In this document: in pieces, positions 51,291 to 62,203 of the stretch | Position numbering within the stretch: the stretch's first letter is position 1 | Layout: each line of letters opens with the position of its first letter | From: Squalus acanthias | Lineage: Eukaryota | Length of the DNA stretch: 64,000 nt | NCBI GenBank assembly: GCA_030390025.1 | Contig: CM059431.1 | Coordinates: 136,898,001 to 136,962,000, forward strand | Reading direction: 5' to 3' | Notes under the pieces: model-generated | What the model was told of the DNA's origin: nothing | The model's input: the letters and a program-made list of their open reading frames with translations, nothing else | The model's database searches: none | Made by a program: the position numbers and the translations under genes

Positions 51291-51419
51291 ACCCCTCCTT
51301 TCTCATTCAATAGAGGAAGAAGAGACTCACCGGGAGTCAGACGGCAGAAAGATTCATAAATAGAACAAAGAAAGACACAAATACCAGTAACACCCACTTT
51401 CCAAACATTCACTGTGAAA

Positions 51420-51742
51420 TTCTTACATTCGGGCGAGTGGGTAATTCACCGGATGTCCCAGGTTTTTAATCATTGGCTTATGATCTAGAGGGGGATGGAG
51501 AGATTTTATTTTCACTCACAGAGTTTTCGGTAACTGGAACGGTCTACCGGAAAAGCTGGTGGAAGCTGATTCCATCAATAATGTTAAAGGGAGTTGGACA
51601 GGTACTTGAGGAAGAGGAACTTACAGGGTTAGGGACAACAACCGGGGGAGGGGGACTAAGCACGGCTGCTCTTTCTAAACCAGCACAGGCACGACGGGCC
51701 GAACGTTCTCCTCCTGTGTTGTGCGTTCCTATGATTCTATAT
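51420..51742 (+). mobile_element. Old CR1 3' remnant (mirror copy of ~42970-43220)
   Basis: GGACTAAGCACGGCTGCTCTTTCTAA is the reverse complement of sequence at 43030-43055. Confidence 0.7.
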
Positions 51743-51854
51743 ATAAACCCACAGTTTATATTTTCACACAGACTTGTTTGTAGTTCTAACTATGGTCTAC
51801 ACACCAAAAGTTTAATCGTTTTTCGGAAGCTGCTCGACCTGTGGTGTATTTTAT

Positions 51855-54322
51855 ACATAGATACATAAAAGATAGGAGCAGGAGTAGGGCATCCGGCCCT
51901 TCGAGCCTGCTCCGCCATTTAATGAGATCATGGCTGATCCTCCAATTCAGTATCCCGTCCCCGCCTTCTCTCCGTAACCCTTAACCCCTTTTGCCTGTAG
52001 AAATATATCTAATTCCCTCTTAAATATATTTAATGAGCTGGCGTACACTGCCCTCTGTGGCAATGAGTTCCACAGGTTCACCACCCTCTGAGTGAAGAAA
52101 TCCCCAGTCATTTCTGTCCTAAATGGTTTAGCCCTTATCCTTAAATTATGTCCTCTAGTTCTGTTCTCACCCGCCAAGGGAAACATTCCTTCTGCATCTA
52201 GTCTGTCTAGACTTGTCAGAATTTTATACACTTCTATGAGGTCCCCTCTCAATCTTCTAAACTCCAGTGTGTACATCCCTAAACTACATAGTCTCTCCTC
52301 ATAGGTCAATCCCGCCATTCCTGGTATCAGCCTGGTGAATCGCCGCTGCACCCCCTCCATGGCAAGAACATCTTTCCTCAGATGAGGCGACCAAAACTGT
52401 ACACAGTACTCGAGGTGTGGTCTCACCAGTGCCCTGTACAGCTGCAGCAAGGTATCCCTGTTCCTGTATTCCAACCCTTTTGCTATGAAGGCCAGCATAC
52501 CGTTTGCCTTCTTGATCGCCTGTTGCACCTGCATGCTCGCCTTCAATGACTGGTGTACAAGAACACCCAGGTCTCTCTGTACTTCCCCCTCTCCCAATTT
52601 ATTGCCATTTAAATAATAATTTGCCCTCCCGTTCCTGCACCCAAGGTGGATAACTTCGCACTTGTCCACATTATAGTGCATCTGCCATTTATCCGCCCAA
52701 TCACCCAGTCTGTCCAAATCGCTCTGGAGCTTCCTGGTCTCCTCCTCTGAGCCCACCCCCCCTCCTAGTTTAGTGTCGTCTGCAAATTTGGAAATGCTGC
52801 ATCCGACTCCCTGATGCAGGTCATTAATGTAAATTGTGAACAGCTGGGGACCCAGGACAGATCCCTGTGGTACCCCACTTGTTACTGCCTGCCATTCAGA
52901 AAATGAGCCGTTTATTCCAACTCTCTGTTTTCTATCTGACAGCCAGTTCTCTATCCACGTCAATACTTTCCCCTTTATCCCATGAGCTTCAATTTTCCCT
53001 GCTAACCTTTTATGTGGGACCTTATCGAAGGCCTTTTGGAAGTCCAGGTACACCACATCTACTGGCTCTCCCCCATCTATTTTACCAGTTACTCCCTCAA
53101 AAAATTCCAATAGATTAGTCAAGCACGATTTACCCTTTGTAAATCCATGTTGACTCTGTCCTATCCTGTCCCCATTTGCTAAGTGCTCCGCTATTTCATC
53201 CTTAATGATGGACTCCAGCATTTTGCCCACAACTGATGTAAGGCTTACAGGTCTGTAATTACCTGCTTTTTCCCTACCCCCCTTTTTGAATAGTGGGGTA
53301 ACGTTAGCTACCCTCCAATCCATGGGCACTGTTCCCGAGTCTAATGAATTCTGAAAAATCATACTTAGTGCATCCGCTATCTCTAGGGCCACCTCCTTCA
53401 GCACCCTAGGATGCATGTTATCAGGCCCTGGGGATTTGTCCGCCTTCAATCCCTTTAGCTTCCTTAACACCATATCCTTAGAGATATTGACTTGCGTCAG
53501 TTCCTCCTTTGCAAATGTCCCTATTTTTCCCGATATCCCAGGGAGGTTTTTTGTGTCTTCCTTCGTAAAGACTGACCCAAAGTATGCATTTAGTTGGTCT
53601 GCCATTTCCTTATTTCCCGTTATATATTCCCCCGTATCTGACTGCAATGGGCCAACTTTGGTTTTCACCAGTCTTTTCCTCTTGATATACTTATAAAAGC
53701 TTTTGGAGTTAGTTTTTATATTTTCCGCCAGCTTGCTTTCGTAAGCTATTTTGCCCCTCTTGATTAAGCCCTTTGTCCTCCTTTGCTCTATCTTAAACTG
53801 TTCCCAATCTTCCGCTCTGGCGCTTTTTTTGGCTATTTTATACGCCCTATCTTTGGATTTTATGCTGTCTCTAATTTCCCCTGTTATCCACGGTTGAGTC
53901 ACCTTTTTAGATTTCCTTTTATGCCAGATTGGTATCAACAATTTTTGCAATTTTGTCATTCTATCTTTAAATGCTTGCCATTGTTTATCTACCTCCAGTC
54001 CTCCCAGGAACGTTGTCCAATCAGACCTACTCAGTTCCCGTCTAATGGCATCATAATTCCCCTTGTTTAAATTCAGGACCTTAGTATCTGAGTCAATTTC
54101 TTCGCTCTCCATTTCGAGTGAGAAATCGATCATGTTATGATCGCTCTGACCCAAGGGTCCCCGTACAACAAGATTACTAATTAGTCCCTTCTCATTGCAC
54201 AGTACCCAGTCCAATATAGCCTGTTCCCGAGTTGGTTCCTCGACATATTGATCCAGATAACCATCCCTTAAACACTCAAGGAATTCCTCCTCCTTTGAGC
54301 AGGTTCCTAGTTTAATTTGATT
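51855..54322 (-). mobile_element. Young 5'-truncated CR1 LINE (HER1-like) with an uninterrupted ~790-codon ORF2 segment (APE C-terminus + RT)
   Basis: ILDWVLCN and SDH (end of APE domain), YLDFQKAFD, GVPQGSVLGP, FADD; stop at 51947; (TATGTA)-type tail. Same subfamily as 15515-17855. Confidence 0.97.
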
Positions 54323-54331
54323 CGCTGTGCA

Positions 54332-54405
54332 GAACTCGTGGCGCAACGGTAGCGCGTCTGACCTTCAGGTCAGAAGATCTGCGTGCTCAAATCACGTCGG
54401 GGTCA
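54332..54405 (+). pseudogene. tRNA-Trp-derived gene with remodelled anticodon arm (contains TTCA); probable pseudogene
   Basis: GAACTCGTGGCGCAACGGTAGCGCGTCTGACCTTCAGGTCAGAAGATCTGCGTGCTCAAATCACGTCGGGGTCA; T loop GCTC instead of GTTC. Confidence 0.85.
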
Positions 54406-54654
54406 GAACTGTTTTCAGCATTAATTACACTCTGGAAAATTCCGTGAGAACAGTTTCTTTGCTTTTCCACAATTAGCAGAGCCTTGTTATAATGTCTGTC
54501 TCACTAGCTCCACAGTGTCAGGGAGAGAAGCGCCAGGTGCCCTCATTTATTTACTGTAACAAACAGACACAAACACACGTGTTCAGTAAAGTGTTTCATA
54601 CAGCTTGATAAACCCTGGGCCCCTCCCCACCTCCAGTGGATCTCCTAATGCGCT

Positions 54655-55000
54655 TCATAGAATCCTGCCTGTGCCGGCTCTTTGAATGAACTGACCAATT
54701 TAGTCCCACACCCCAGCGTTTATCCCCATAACCCTGCTAATGATTTCTCTTCAAATAAATGTCCAATTGCCTTTTGAATGTTTCTATTGAATCTGATTCC
54801 ACCATCCTTTCAGGTAATGCGTTCCAGATCTTAACAACCCTCTGTGTGATAATAATTCTCCTAATCTCCCCTCTAGTTCGTTTGCCAATTATTTTAAATA
54901 TATGAACTTTGGTTGTCGATCCACTCGGCTTACTTGCTAAATTAAAACCCCACGTAATTTTGAACACCTCTAGTAAGTAATTCCCGTAACTTTCTCTGAG
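54655..55000 (-). mobile_element. Old CR1 3' remnant (mirror of ~41450-41660)
   Basis: Peptide ITQRVVKIWNALPERMVESDS. Confidence 0.75.
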
Positions 55001-55105
55001 GAGTACAATACCAGGGTAAGTTTTCCAATAGGAACAAACCGACTACGAAGCAGCTGCAGCTAATTCCACAAAATACAGCTGCACGGAGACGTGAAAACAT
55101 CTGCA

Positions 55106-55171
55106 TTTCAGAAGTGGGATTCTGAGACTGCGGCCTGAACGCAGGAGCTTCGACCGCTCGGCCATCCTGAC
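55106..55171 (-). pseudogene. tRNA-Leu(CAG) pseudogene with an internal deletion
   Basis: GTCAGGATGGCCGAGCGGTCGAAGCTCCTGCGTTCAGGCCGCAGTCTC joined to AGAATCCCACTTCTGAAA; about 17 nt covering the 5' T stem and B box are missing. Confidence 0.85.
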
Positions 55172-56278
55172 TCAAGGAGAGCCTCGTCAATATGCCTGAA
55201 TTTCCCCACAGAGGCCCAAATAATGTACCACTCATTCTGGTCCTCCGTAAATACTGGAGTTTTCAACGGCCCTGATTAACGTCACTTCTGTCCCACACTA
55301 AAAACTCTTAATCCTTCTACTCCGTTGCATTTTTACAGCCTATTTCACTGATAGAAACCACAAAAGTCACACAGGGAATTGATTTTTAAGTGATTAACGT
55401 TCTGATGGAGCTCACGAATTGTCCTCCACTAATCGACTGAATCGGATTAGTCCCGCTGGCTTCCTTTTAATAGAATAATAGAATTATAGAATGATACAGC
55501 ACAGACGAAGGTCATTCGGCCCATCGTGCCTGTGCCGGCTCGTTGGTAGTGCTGTCCAATTAATCTCAGTCCACTTCTTTTTCCCCATAGCCCACTAAAA
55601 TTTATCTTCAATTATTTCTTCAGTTCTCCTTTGAAAGTTACTATTGGTTCTGCTTCCACCGCCCTTTCAGACAGTGAATTCCAGATCACAACAAATGGCT
55701 TGTAAAAAAAAGTCACCTCTGGTTCTTCCTCGACGTGGACCGGCTGCTCTCGGTCCCCAGGACGTGGCCATTCTAATTCTGTGACTGTCGCCAGTTTTGT
55801 TCGGACAGAGTTTTGACTGGAGCGTCACACCTGCTTCGCTAAGGACAATGAAGCAGGGGAGGTTGTAACCTCAGAGAGTCTGAGGCCCGTCAGAAATGTT
55901 TGTGTATTTGAATCCTTAACATTTGCTGTTCCTTTTAAAGCTTTAAACATTTATTATACAATAATTGAAGTGGAAAACTACAGGGCTGTGGGGAAAGAGC
56001 TGGGGATTGGGATTAAATGGATAGCTCTCACAGTGAGGGCACAGGCACAATGGGCTGAATGACCTCCTTCTGTGCGGTATCATTCTATAATTCTATGATA
56101 CCGCGGCACCTACAATGCTGTCTCTGCACTTACAGTGAAGCGGAGGCTAATTTTCAATCTTAAACCAGCAATTATAATATTAAGCGAAAGGTGCTGCGTA
56201 TTCAGCGAAGTGACACTGCCGCGGTAATTCAGAGCTGGGGGCCGCCGTGAAAGCAACGTGAAAGGTTGAAAAAATATT

Positions 56279-56352
56279 CACCCAACGGGGAGCTCGAACC
56301 AACGACTCCTGAAATTAAGAGTCTGATGCTCTTCCGACTGAACTAGCCGGGC
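56279..56352 (-). tRNA. tRNA-Lys(CTT), full length but diverged (probable pseudogene)
   Basis: GCCCGGCTAGTTCAGTCGGAAGAGCATCAGACTCTTAATTTCAGGAGTCGTTGGTTCGAGCTCCCCGTTGGGTG; CTT anticodon and B box retained, stem mismatches present. Confidence 0.87.
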
Positions 56353-56788
56353 CTGGTGAAAATGTCCGTCCTTGTAGCTTAATACAGCGCGGCAGCTGTT
56401 GGCTGCGCCCCATGGGTACAACTTGTTCTACAAACCACGGACCAAGTCCTTGAGAATTAACAAGGTGTATAAGGAAGTCAACCATCAAACCATTCATTGA
56501 CCATAGGGGTTCAGGAATGTTCTGATGGCCTTTGTCATTGTCAATATCTCTGGTCTATTTCCCGATGTTTCCTGATCTTCTCTGTATCTCTGGCTGTGTT
56601 TATCTGTACGTGTCTTCCTGCAGGTTGATTTTGAATAAATACCTGTGTTTGTATCTGTTGCATTAAATAAACGGGGGTATCAGGCGCTTCTCTCCAGGCA
56701 CTGGGGAACTAGTGAGACAGAGTTTAGAGTAAGGTTTTAGTTATGTGGAAAAGCAAAGAAAACATGTTAGAGTGGTGTCACCAGCAGT

Positions 56789-57069
56789 AATGAGAAGTCG
56801 CACAACAGCAGGTTATAGTCCAACAGTTTTATTTGAAATTACGAGCTTTCGGAGCGCTGCTCCTTCGTCAGGTAAAACTAAGCCGGGCCTGGTTAAACTT
56901 TCAGTCCTTGTCGCTTATTGCAGCGCGGCAGCTGTTGGCTCCGCCCCTGATGAAGGAGCAGCGCTCCGAAAGCTCGTAATTTCAAATAAAACTGTTGGAC
57001 TATAACCTGGTGTTGTGCGACTTCTCATTTTTGTCCACCCCAGTCCAAAACCGGCATCTCCGCATCATG
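56789..57069. mobile_element. Penelope-type pLTR pair in inverted orientation, each arm with a hammerhead ribozyme core
   Basis: 84-bp arms at 56789-56872 and 56946-57029 with 2 mismatches; each contains CTGA(T/C)GA-AGGAGCagcGCTCC-GAAAGCTC. Confidence 0.82.
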
Positions 57070-60000
57070 ACCACCAGCAATGTTAGAGTAGCGTCACCAC
57101 CAGTAATGTTAGAGTAGAGTCACCACCAGTATTGTTAGAGTAGGGACACCAAAAGTAATGTTAGAATAGGGTCATCACCTGTAATGCTAGAGTAGGGTCA
57201 CCACCAGTAATGTTAGAGTTGGGTCACCACCAGTAATGTTAAAGTAGAGTCACCACCAGTAATGGTAGAGCCGAGTCACCACCAGTAATGTTACAGTAGC
57301 GTCACCACGAGTAATAATTGTGTCGTGTCAGCACCAGTAATGTAGGAGTTGTGACACCACCAGTTATTTTAGAGTTCGGCCAACAGCAATAATGTTAGAT
57401 AATGTTAATAACCAGTAATGTTAGATGAATGTCACCTCCAGTAATGTTAGAGTAGGGTCACTACCAATAATGTAACAGTAGGGTTATCAGCAGGAATGTT
57501 TGATTAGGGTTACAACCATTAAGGTTAGAGTACTGTCACGACCAGAAATGTTAGTGTTGGGACACCACCAGTAATGTTAGATTAGGGTGACCACCAGAAA
57601 TGTTAGATTAGAGTCACCTCCAGTAATGTTAGATTAGGGTCACCACTAGTAATATTTGAGTAGTTTCACAACCAGTAATTGTTAGAGTAGTGTCACCACC
57701 AGTAGGGTCACCACCAGTAATGTTATAATTGAGTCATCACCAGTGATTTTAGAGAATTGTCATCGCCAAAAATTTCGAGTAGGATCACAACCAGTAATAT
57801 TAGAGTTGGATCAACACCAGTAATGTTAGAGTAGGGTCACCAATAGTAATGTTAGAGTTGGGTCAACCCCAGTCATCTTAGAGTTGGGTCACCACCAGTA
57901 ATGCTTGAGTAGAATCACCAACAGTAATTCTTGAGTCCAGTCACCACCAGTAATGTAAGAATAGCGTCACCAGCAGCAAATTTGGCGTAGAGACATCACC
58001 AGTAATGTTAGAGTAGTGTCATCACAATTACTGATAGAGTAGGGTCACCACTAGAAATGGTAGCGTAGTGTCACCTCCAGCAATGTTAGAGTAGAGTCAC
58101 CTCCAGTAATGTTAGAGTAGAGTCACCACCAGTATTGTTAGAGTAGGAACACCAAAAGTAATGTTAGAGTAGGGTCATCACCTGTAATGTTAGAGTAGGG
58201 TCACCACCAGTAATGTTAGAGTTGGGTCACCTCCAGTAATGTTAAAGTAGAGTCACCACCAGTAATGGTAGAGCAGAGTCACCACCAGTAATGTTACAGT
58301 AGCGTCACCACGAGTAATAATTGTGTCGTGTCAGCACCAGTAATGTAGGAGTTGTGACAACACCAGTTGTTTTAGAGTTCGGCCAACAGCAATAATGTTA
58401 GATAATGTTAATAACCAGTAATGTTAGATTAATGTCACCTCCAGTAATGTTAGAGTAGGGTCACCACCAATAATGTAACAGTAGGGTTATCAGCAGGAAT
58501 GTTTGATTAGGGTTACAACCATTAAGGTTAGAGTACTGTCACGACCAGAAATGTTAGTGTTGGGACACCACCAGTAATGTTAGATTAGGGTGACCACCAG
58601 TAATGTTAGATTAGAGTCACCTCCAGTAATGTTAGATTAGGGTCATCACTAGTAATATTAGATTAGTTTCACAACCAGTAATTGTTAGAGTAGTGTCACC
58701 ACCAGTAGGGTCACCACCAGTAATGTTATAATTGAGTCATCACCAGTGATTTTAGAGAATTGTCATCGCCAAAATTTTCGAGTAGGATCACAACCAGTAA
58801 TATTAGAGTTGGATCAACGCCAGTAATGTTAGAGTAGGGTCACCAATAGTAATGTTAGAGTTGGGTCAACCCCAGTCATCTTAGAGTCGGGTCACCACCA
58901 GTAATGCTTGAGTAGAATCACCAACAGTAATGCTTGAGTCCAGTCACCACCAGTAATGTAAGAATAGCGTCACCAGCAGCAAATTTGGCGTAGAGACATC
59001 GCCAGTAATGTTAGAGTAGGGTCATCACAATTACTGATAGAGTAGAGTCACCACTAGAAATGGTAGCATAGTGTCACCACCAGTAATGATATAGTAGGGT
59101 CACCACCAGTAATGATATAGTAGGGTCACCACCAATAACGTTTGAGTAGGGTCAACACGAGTAATATTAGAGTAGGGTCAACACCAGTAATGTTTGTATC
59201 CTGTCAACACCAGTAATGTTAGAGTGGGTCACACCCAGTTAATTTAGAGTACGGTCACCACAGGACTTTTTGGTTCGGGTCAACAGCAGGAAGTTAAATT
59301 TGGGTCACAACCAGTAATTTTAGAGTAAGGTCACCACCACTAATGTTAGAATAGGGTCACCACCAGTAAGGTTACCGTAGAGTCACCATCATTAATGTGA
59401 GAGTAGATTCACCACCAGTAATGTTAGAGTAGGGTCACCACCAATAATGCTAGAGTTGGGTCACCACAATCATTTTAGAGTAGGGTCACCGCAAAATTGT
59501 CGAGCAGGGTCATCACCTGTAAAATTTGAGTAGGGTCACCACCAGGAAAGATAGTGTAAGGTCAACACCATTAATGTTAGCGTAGGGTCACCACCAGTAT
59601 TGTTAGAGTAGGGTGGCCTCCAGTTATTTTAGAGTTGGCTCAGCAACAGTAATGATTGAGTAGTGTTACCACCAGTAATGTTATATTAGGGTCACCACAG
59701 GTCATTTTGGATTAGGGTCAACGCCAGTAATGTTTGAGTAGAGTCAACACCGGCAAGGTTTGATTAGGTTCACCACCAGTAATGTTAGAGTAGTGTCACC
59801 ACCAGTAATGTTAGAGTAGGTTCACCACCAGTAATGTTATATTAGGGTCATCACCAGTGATTTTCGAGAACGGTCACCGCCAAAATTTTCGAGTAGGATC
59901 GCCACCAGTAATATTAGCGTTAATTCACCATCAGTAATCTTAGAGTTGATCAACACCAGTCATCTTAGAGTAGAGTCACCACCAGTAATGCTTGATTCGT

Positions 60001-61142
60001 GTCACCACCAGTAATGTAAGTGTAGGGTCACCAGCGGTAATGTTGGAGTAGGGTAATCACCAGTAATGTTAGAGTACTGTCACCACCAATAATGTTTGGG
60101 TAGAGTCACCACCATTAAAGGTAGCGTAGGGTCATCGCCATTAATGATAGTGTAGGGTCAACACTAGTAATGTTAGCGTAGTGTCACCACAAGTAATGTT
60201 ATAGTAGGGTCACCACGAGTATTGCTAGAGTGAGTCACCCACGGTTAATTTAGAGTCGGGTCACCACCGGAATTTTTGGTTAAGGTCAGAACCAGGAAAG
60301 TTAGTTTCTGGTTACCACCAGTAATGTTAGAGTAGGTTCACCACCTGTAATGTTAGAGTGGGGTCACCGCCAGTAAGGGTAGAGTCGGGTATCCACCATT
60401 GAAGTTTGAGTAGGATCACCTCCAGTCATTTTAGAGTATGGTCACCACCAGTAATGATTGATTAGTGTCATCCCCAGTAATGTTAGATAGGGTCAACACC
60501 AGTCTTTTTAGAGTGGGGTCAACACCAGTACTGTTTGAGTAGAGTCACCACCAATAAGGTTAGACTAGGGTCACCAGAAGTAATGTTAGAGCAGGTTCAC
60601 TTCCAGTAACGTTAGAGTGCGTCACCAACAAATAATTAAGAGTAGGGTCACTACCAAAATTTTTGAGTACGGTCACCACCAGTAATGTTAGAGTATGCTC
60701 GCCAGCAGTAAATTTATAGTAGCATCACCACCAGTAATAGTAGCGAAGATTCACCACCGGTAATGTTCGAGTAGAGTCACCCACATTAAAGATAGAGTAG
60801 GGTCATAGCAGTAATGTTAGATTAGTGTCACTACCAGAAATGCTGACTAGTGTCTCCACCAGTAATGTTAATGTAGAGACACCACCAGTCATATTAGAGT
60901 AGGATCATCACTAGTAATGTTTTAGTAGAGTCATCACCAGTAATGTTAGATTAGGGTCACCACCAGTAAGGTGAGAGCAGGTTCACCACCAGTAATGATA
61001 GATTAGGATCACCTTCAGCAACGTTTGAGTGGAGTCACCACCAGTAATGTTAGAGTAAGGTCAACACCAGTAATGTTATAGTAGTGTCAACACCAGTCAT
61101 TTTAGAGTAGGTTCACCACCATTAATGTTTGAGTAGAGTCAC
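57070..61142. repeat. 26-bp satellite (CACCACCAGTAATGTTAGAGTAGGGT), roughly 155 diverged units
   Basis: Period 26 (57095, 57121...). A ~1003-bp higher-order duplication (57311 vs 58314). One further unit lies left of the pLTR pair at 56764-56792. Confidence 0.96.
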
Positions 61143-61683
61143 TGTTGATGAAAAATTAATTCTCTCGAGAATGTCTTAAAGCAAAAGTTCACAGTTTATT
61201 ATTCAGTGCGCTCTGGGAGAAGGACCATAGCCTACAGTCTCATGATCAGCTTCAAAATTGAACAATGGCAGCCACGCTTATTTATACACCTCAAGAAACC
61301 AGAAAATACAAACCTCAGCGTAGTCATTACATCATAAGCGACCCTTACAGTTTCTAAAAACAACTCAATTAGAATTTACACTGTTAGCGAAACCTATTCT
61401 TGACTTCTGCTTTTCTCAGCCATCTGTGCTGCAAGGTTTCATTCTTACACCTATTCGAGGTTAGTTTATAGAAAAACAATGATTCACATTTTTGTTCTGC
61501 AGTGTCTGCATTATCTATACTGCAGCCTAAGCAAGTTGGTCTTTTATCTAATTATACCCCTGTCTCCATGACTTCGGGAGATACTTTGACCTTTACTATA
61601 GTCCTTTAAGCAGTTCAACTAATCTTAAACATTACAACTGATTTGCCCTTACATTATTACAATTAATGTTTTTAACTCTTACA
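61143..61683 (-). mobile_element. ERV 3' LTR (541 bp)
   Basis: Minus strand runs TGTAAG...CAACA, preceded by the polypurine tract AATAGGAGGGAC (61684-61695); TATAAATAA near 61280 and AATAAA at 61195-61200. Confidence 0.88.
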
Positions 61684-62203
61684 GTCCCTCCTATTGGTCC
61701 CTGGCCAAAGCTTGATGTGTCCTGGGGACCATCATACCATGGTTATAACGACGGCACACAGTTTCTTATGCTCTGTTGACGAGATCTTTTGACGATGTTA
61801 TTGTTGTTTCACAGTCCAATGTAAATGAGAACGCGCTCGGGAGAACGAGAGAGAAAGACACCCCGGAAGAGGTTGAGCTGCACAGTCCAGTCACATCATG
61901 TCTGTTGAGGTATGCGTCCCATTTAGGTTAGGTTCTTCCACTCCTCTTCCGTGTTTTTTCTTTATCCTCCGTCCTCCGCCTGACTTGTCATGAACATGTC
62001 CTTCTCTTTGAAATATCGATGATCCATGTCTTCCGTGTGTAGACGTATTCCTTTAGCTTAAAGTTGTTCCCTTCTTCATCTGTTTGTCTGTTTCTTCTTG
62101 TGTCATATGCCGCAACCAATGGTTTGTCCCTATTCTACTCTATATCTAAAGTTTTACACATGCATTAATACAAACATTACCTCCGTGTAAGCAATTTCCT
62201 TTC

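Noticed and set aside
54323..54346. Apparent start of the 799-aa ORF (MRHEFCT...)
   Set aside because: Non-ATG start lying antisense within the tRNA-Trp sequence; the LINE is 5'-truncated and lacks most of the endonuclease.
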